From Ruminococcaceae bacterium UBA7080 (lineage in GTDB: Bacteria > Bacillota > Clostridia > Oscillospirales > Acutalibacteraceae), in NCBI GenBank assembly GCA_002493595.1, contig DKZG01000014.1, positions 609-64,608 on the forward strand: DNA of 64,000 nt. The letters run 5' to 3'. The position numbers and the translations under genes are program-made. The notes beneath the pieces are model-generated. The model searched no databases, was not told the origin of the DNA, and was given only the letters and a program-made list of their open reading frames with translations. This document shows positions 59,725-64,000 of the stretch, in pieces. Numbering within the stretch: the stretch's first letter is position 1; each line of letters begins with the position of its first letter.

Positions 59725-60477
59725 ATGACAAGAATTATAATTACCGGTGCAAACGGTAAAATGGGAAAGGTTTTGCAAAGCATAATTGCCAACAGAGAGG
59801 ACTGCGAAATCGTTGCAGGTGTTGATTTAAATACTGACAAAAACGGTATATTCCCTATATATAAATCTATTTTTGAAGTTCAGGAAAAGGCTGATGCTGT
59901 AATTGATTTTTCCAACCCTGTACTTCTTGATGATTTGCTTGATTATTCAAAAAATACAGGAACTCCGCTCATTATTGCAACAACAGGTTATGACGATGAG
60001 CAGAAAAAGAAGATTGAAAGCGCTTCAGAAGTTTCGCCGATTTTCTTCACTTATAACATGAGTATGGGTATTAACCTGATGGCAAATCTGGCTAAAAAAG
60101 CCGTAGAAATTCTTGGCAATGATTTTGATATTGAGATTGTTGAAAAGCATCATAATCAAAAAATTGATGCTCCGAGCGGTACAGCCCTTATGCTCGCAGA
60201 TGCTATGTGTGAGGTTATGCCTAAGCCCATGAAATATGAATACGACCGCCATTCAAAGCGAGAAAAAAGAACCAAGGACGAAATAGGACTTCATGCAGTA
60301 AGGGGCGGAACCATTGTTGGTGAGCATGATATCATATTTGCCGGAAGAGATGAAGTGATAACACTTTCCCATTCGGCAAGAAGCAAAGAGATTTTTGCAG
60401 TCGGAGCTGTAAATGCTGCTGTTTATATGAATGGCAAGGCCCCGGGAATGTATGATATGAAAGAACTTATGGATTAA
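59725..60477 (+). CDS. dapB: 4-hydroxy-tetrahydrodipicolinate reductase
   Basis: GANGKMG, IDFS, ATTG, EKHHNQKIDAPSGTA, RGGTIVGEH. Confidence 0.96.
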   Translation: MTRIIITGANGKMGKVLQSIIANREDCEIVAGVDLNTDKNGIFPIYKSIFEVQEKADAVIDFSNPVLLDDLLDYSKNTGTPLIIATTGYDDEQKKKIESASEVSPIFFTYNMSMGINLMANLAKKAVEILGNDFDIEIVEKHHNQKIDAPSGTALMLADAMCEVMPKPMKYEYDRHSKREKRTKDEIGLHAVRGGTIVGEHDIIFAGRDEVITLSHSARSKEIFAVGAVNAAVYMNGKAPGMYDMKELMD

Positions 60478-60493
60478 TTTTTCCGAAATAAAT

Positions 60494-60530
60494 AAAAACC
60501 TCAGTTGGATTATGGCCAATTGAGGTTTTT
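60494..60530. terminator. Bidirectional terminator between dapB and the reductase
   Basis: AAAAACCTCAGTTGG ... CCAATTGAGGTTTTT. Confidence 0.85.
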
Positions 60531-60543
60531 ATTATTATAGAAT

Positions 60544-61677
60544 TCAATTAAAATATGTAACTAATTCTTTGAGTCTTTCAGGTATTTCAATACCTTGAGG
60601 GCAATGGTCTGAGCATTTTCTGCATCCAATACAAAGATCTGCTTTTTTATCAATTTTACTGTAAAGTTCTTTTCCTTTTTCTATTGAGAGTTCACCGGTT
60701 TTTATTTTATTATAGGCTGCAAAAATAGTGCTTATTCTTACATCCTTTGGACATTGCGAACAATAGTCACACCCTGTGCATGGAATAACCTGACTTTTGT
60801 TCATCATAGCAGCTGCATTTTCGCATATTTGAAATTCTCTTTCGGAAAACGTATGAAAATCACTTAAAGTTTTAACGTTATCATATATTTGTTCCAGAGA
60901 ATTCATTCCGCTGAGAATAGTAATAACGTTGCTGTGACTTGCAACAAAGCTCATAGCCCAAGATGCAATGCTGTTGTCAGGCTTTGCATTTTTAAACATT
61001 TTTTCTATTTCGCTTTCAACAGCAGAAAGTTTTCCGCCTCGAACAGGCTCCATAACAATTACCGGTATTCCCGCATCAGTCAAAAGCTGATACTGTGTTT
61101 TGGCATCTTGGTTTTTCCAATCCAGGTAATTCATTTGAATTTGTGCAAAATCCCATGGATGAGCAGCTATAATGTGCTTTAAATCTTCAATAGTACCATG
61201 AAAAGAAAATCCTATGTTTTTAATTCTTCCCTGTCTTCTTTTTTCGAGCAAAAAGTCGTACGCTTTAAATTCCTCGCACTTATCAAAATTTTCCTTATTG
61301 AGTGAGTGAAGAAGATAAAAATCAAAATAATCAGCACCTGTTCTAGCAAGCTGCTTTTGAAAGATCTTTTCCATATCCGTTTTTTTGGGGCACATCCAAA
61401 TAGGAAGTTTATCAGCAAGAAAATAACTATCTCTTGGATATTTTTTTAAAGCAGTGCCAATAAATTTCTCGCTTTTGCCTGCATGGTACATATAGGCGGT
61501 ATCAAAATAATTAACGCCGCTGTTATACGCTGCATCGACAAGCTGCTGACCTTTTTTGTAATCAATAAGCGGATTTGCTTCGCGTTTAACAGCAGTTTTG
61601 CAAGGCAGGCGCATTGCACCCAATCCCAGTAATGATACCTCCGTATCTTTAAACTTTCTGCGATCAACCATAATCAT
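60544..61677 (-). CDS. Aldo/keto reductase with C-terminal 4Fe-4S dicluster domain
   Basis: LGLGAMRLP, NYFDTAY, LADKLP, DFYLLH, GFSFH; CTGCDYC..CP and CIGCRKC..HCPQ. Confidence 0.9.
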   Translation of the reverse strand: MIMVDRRKFKDTEVSLLGLGAMRLPCKTAVKREANPLIDYKKGQQLVDAAYNSGVNYFDTAYMYHAGKSEKFIGTALKKYPRDSYFLADKLPIWMCPKKTDMEKIFQKQLARTGADYFDFYLLHSLNKENFDKCEEFKAYDFLLEKRRQGRIKNIGFSFHGTIEDLKHIIAAHPWDFAQIQMNYLDWKNQDAKTQYQLLTDAGIPVIVMEPVRGGKLSAVESEIEKMFKNAKPDNSIASWAMSFVASHSNVITILSGMNSLEQIYDNVKTLSDFHTFSEREFQICENAAAMMNKSQVIPCTGCDYCSQCPKDVRISTIFAAYNKIKTGELSIEKGKELYSKIDKKADLCIGCRKCSDHCPQGIEIPERLKELVTYFN

Positions 61678-61760
61678 TCACATAGTCTTTCCGCCCACTA
61701 ATATTTTCACGTTTCTCGCCTATGGGCTGACAAGTCGTAGTTTGAAAAAATTAAAGAATA

Positions 61761-63155
61761 CTATTCCTTTGTCCAGGTAACACCCTGAGGTGTATCCTTT
61801 AATATAATTCCCTTGGATTTTAAATCGTCGCGGATTTTATCGGCTGCAGCCCAATCTTTATTAGCCCTTGCTTTTTGACGTTTTGCAATAAGTGCTTCAA
61901 TCTCAGCATCAAGGTCATTGGACTTTCTGTTATATAGAATACCCAGCACACCGCACAGCTCATCAAAAATCTCTGCAGCAGACATACAGATCTTTTTAGA
62001 AATATTTTTATCAAGAATTTTGGTATTGATATCCTTAACGAGTTCAAAAACAGCTGAGAGTCCGTCAGCTGTATTCAGATCATCATCCATTGCAGTGATG
62101 AATTGTTCTCTGCGGTTTGTAATTAAAGCAAGAAGCTCATCATCACAGGCAACATCATCATTCGCATTTTTGATTGCAAAATCAAGACTTTCACGACAAG
62201 TATAAAGCCTATCAAGAGCAGATTTACACTGTTCAATGATTTCAAGATTATAATTAATTGGTGAGCGATAATGTGATGAAATAAGAAAATAACGTATTAC
62301 TTCATAGCCATAAACGTCAGCAATTTCGCGAACAGTCTTAAAATTGCCGAGAGATTTGCTCATTTTAACATTGTCAACGTTTATATATCCATTATGCATC
62401 CAGTATTTAGCAAAGGTACATCCGTTAGCACATTCGCTCTGAGTAATTTCATTTTCATGATGAGGAAAGACCAAATCCTTACCGCCGCAGTGAATATCAA
62501 TTGTTTTGCCAAGATAGCGTCTGTTCATTGCAGAGCATTCAATATGCCAGCCCGGTCTGCCTTTGCCCCATGGTGACTCCCAGTAAGGTTCTCCTTCTTT
62601 TGCTGCTTTCCAGAGTGCAAAGTCAAGAGGATCTTCCTTCTTTTCACCGATGGCAATTCTGGCACCTGACTGCAAATCCTCAATCGGCTGGTGGCTGAGT
62701 TTGCCGTATTCTTTAAATTTCAGCGTACGGAAATACACATCACCGTCAACAGCATAAGCATATCCCTTTGCTTCAAGTGATTGGATTATATCGATTATCT
62801 CGTCGATGTTTTCGGTAGCTTTCGGATGTACCGTAGCATCCTTAAAATTGAGTCCGTGGGCATCTGTCCAAAATTCCTTGATGTATTTTTTTGAAACTTC
62901 CTCGAAGGTAATTCCCTCTTCATTCGCTCTTTTGATTATTTTATCATCAACATCAGTAAAATTCTGAACAAATTTTACATTCATTCCGCGATATTCCATA
63001 TATCTTCTGAGAACATCAAACACGCAAAGCGGCCTTGCATTGCCAATATGAATAAAATTATAAACTGTTGGCCCGCAGGCATAAATTTTAACTTCATTCT
63101 TATCTACAGGTACAAATTCTTCTTTCCGGCGTGTCATTGTGTTATAAATCTTCAT
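61761..63155 (-). CDS. cysS: Cysteine-tRNA ligase
   Basis: CGPTVY..IHIGNAR, DFALWK, GRPGWHIECS, KMSKS. Confidence 0.98.
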   Translation of the reverse strand: MKIYNTMTRRKEEFVPVDKNEVKIYACGPTVYNFIHIGNARPLCVFDVLRRYMEYRGMNVKFVQNFTDVDDKIIKRANEEGITFEEVSKKYIKEFWTDAHGLNFKDATVHPKATENIDEIIDIIQSLEAKGYAYAVDGDVYFRTLKFKEYGKLSHQPIEDLQSGARIAIGEKKEDPLDFALWKAAKEGEPYWESPWGKGRPGWHIECSAMNRRYLGKTIDIHCGGKDLVFPHHENEITQSECANGCTFAKYWMHNGYINVDNVKMSKSLGNFKTVREIADVYGYEVIRYFLISSHYRSPINYNLEIIEQCKSALDRLYTCRESLDFAIKNANDDVACDDELLALITNRREQFITAMDDDLNTADGLSAVFELVKDINTKILDKNISKKICMSAAEIFDELCGVLGILYNRKSNDLDAEIEALIAKRQKARANKDWAAADKIRDDLKSKGIILKDTPQGVTWTKE

Positions 63156-63793
63156 TACAGAGACTCCTTCAAAATTTCAATTTCTTCCTCTAATTTTTCA
63201 ATCTTTTTAAGATTGTTTTTAATTGCGTTCATAACCGGATCCGGAATGTTAATCTGATCAAGATCGTCAATACGCTCACCGTCAATCCTGACAACTTCAC
63301 CCGGCACGCCGACTACTGTACAGTTAGGGTCAACATCTTTAACCACCACTGCACCGGCAGCAACCTTGGCATTACGGCCTATTGTTATAGGACCGAGTAC
63401 CTTGGCACCTGAGCCAATCATAACACCATTCTCAATCGTCGGATGACGCTTTCCGACATCTTTACCTGTACCGCCTAAGGTTACACCCTGATATATCATG
63501 ACATCATCACCGATTTCGGTTGTTTCGCCAATTACAATTCCACTGCCGTGGTCAATACAAACACGTCTGCCAATTTTTGCACCGGGATGAATTTCAATTC
63601 CGGTTTTATGAGCAGATCTTTGACTTATATATCTCGCTATAAAAGGCATATTATGACGCAAGAACCAATTTGCTTTTTTATGACTTCTGAGTGCTTTAAA
63701 TCCGGGATAAAGCAAAGCAATTTCAATAGGACTTCTTGCTGCAGGGTCATGATCCATAAAACTCTTTATATCTTCTTTGTAAGAGTCAAACAT
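63155..63793 (-). CDS. cysE: Serine O-acetyltransferase
   Basis: True start MFDSYK at 63793 behind GAAGGGAG; DPAARS, GIEIHPGA, IDHG.GIVIGET, GKRHPT. Confidence 0.96.
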   Translation of the reverse strand: MFDSYKEDIKSFMDHDPAARSPIEIALLYPGFKALRSHKKANWFLRHNMPFIARYISQRSAHKTGIEIHPGAKIGRRVCIDHGSGIVIGETTEIGDDVMIYQGVTLGGTGKDVGKRHPTIENGVMIGSGAKVLGPITIGRNAKVAAGAVVVKDVDPNCTVVGVPGEVVRIDGERIDDLDQINIPDPVMNAIKNNLKKIEKLEEEIEILKESL

Positions 63794-63814
63794 ACAATCT
63801 TCTCCCTTCAAAAC

Positions 63815-64000
63815 AAAAATGCCCCTGTCCCATGACAGAGGCAATGTAATACTGCGGTTCCACTCTTGTTTATACTCAGCTGATAACAGCTTAGCCTTTA
63901 ACGGAGCTGACCGGCTTGAAATACTGATTTCCTTCAAGCAACTCAAGAGTGCATTTGGGCAGTTCTGTTATGTGAACCTCGCAGCAATATAGCTCACTCT
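63815..64000 (-). ncRNA. T-box riboswitch (Cys) for cysE-cysS, 5' end cut by window edge
   Basis: T-box AGAGTGGAACCGC (63866-63854); terminator TGCCTCTGTC-atgg-GACAGGGGCA plus T5; stem I end with GAAC-TGC (63961-63959), a UGC Cys specifier candidate. Confidence 0.9.

Noticed and set aside
61684-61745. c-di-GMP-I or ZTP riboswitch in the cysS-reductase spacer
   Set aside because: Only fragments resemble the consensus (GGGCGGAAAG; CGCCTATGGGC on the wrong strand); required stems are missing.
63794-63946. 51-aa N-terminal extension of CysE
   Set aside because: It is the T-box leader read in frame; the RBS supports 63793.

Overview
Core-chromosome segment of a low-GC, endospore-forming Clostridia-type Bacillota. 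An Oscillospirales/Ruminococcaceae-like gut organism is my inference from gene content and order. In order: end of an L-arabinose operon (araB partial, araA, araD); a VanW/FN3 surface protein; a stand-alone extended SDR with a C-terminal Zn ribbon; SAM-I riboswitch-metK-acetyltransferase; proC; spoIIID; prs; a GtrA-YfhO fusion; spoIIIAA-AH; asp23-nusB-tsaD-like-xseAB-ispA-dxs-tlyA-nadK-argR-recN; tyrS; a ~16 kb tightly packed ligA...murD...addBA run; rpmE-yigZ-spoIIR; two tRNA-Leu genes; a D-2-hydroxyacid dehydrogenase; amidase-radA; an XerS-like tyrosine recombinase; spoIIM-yrzE-yajC-tgt-queA; asd-dapA-dapB; an Fe-S aldo/keto reductase; and T-box-cysE-cysS. I saw no CRISPR array, prophage, IS element or clear pseudogene. 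Best leads: (1) an XerS/XerH-like recombinase with dyad-rich upstream DNA where gene orientation flips, a candidate clostridial single-recombinase dif module; (2) a GtrA flippase-YfhO glycosyltransferase fusion; (3) an apparently highly expressed SDR-Zn-ribbon enzyme, candidate sterol dehydrogenase; (4) a membrane-anchored degenerate restriction-endonuclease-like protein between ligA and murD. All family assignments come from motif recognition by eye; no database search was run.
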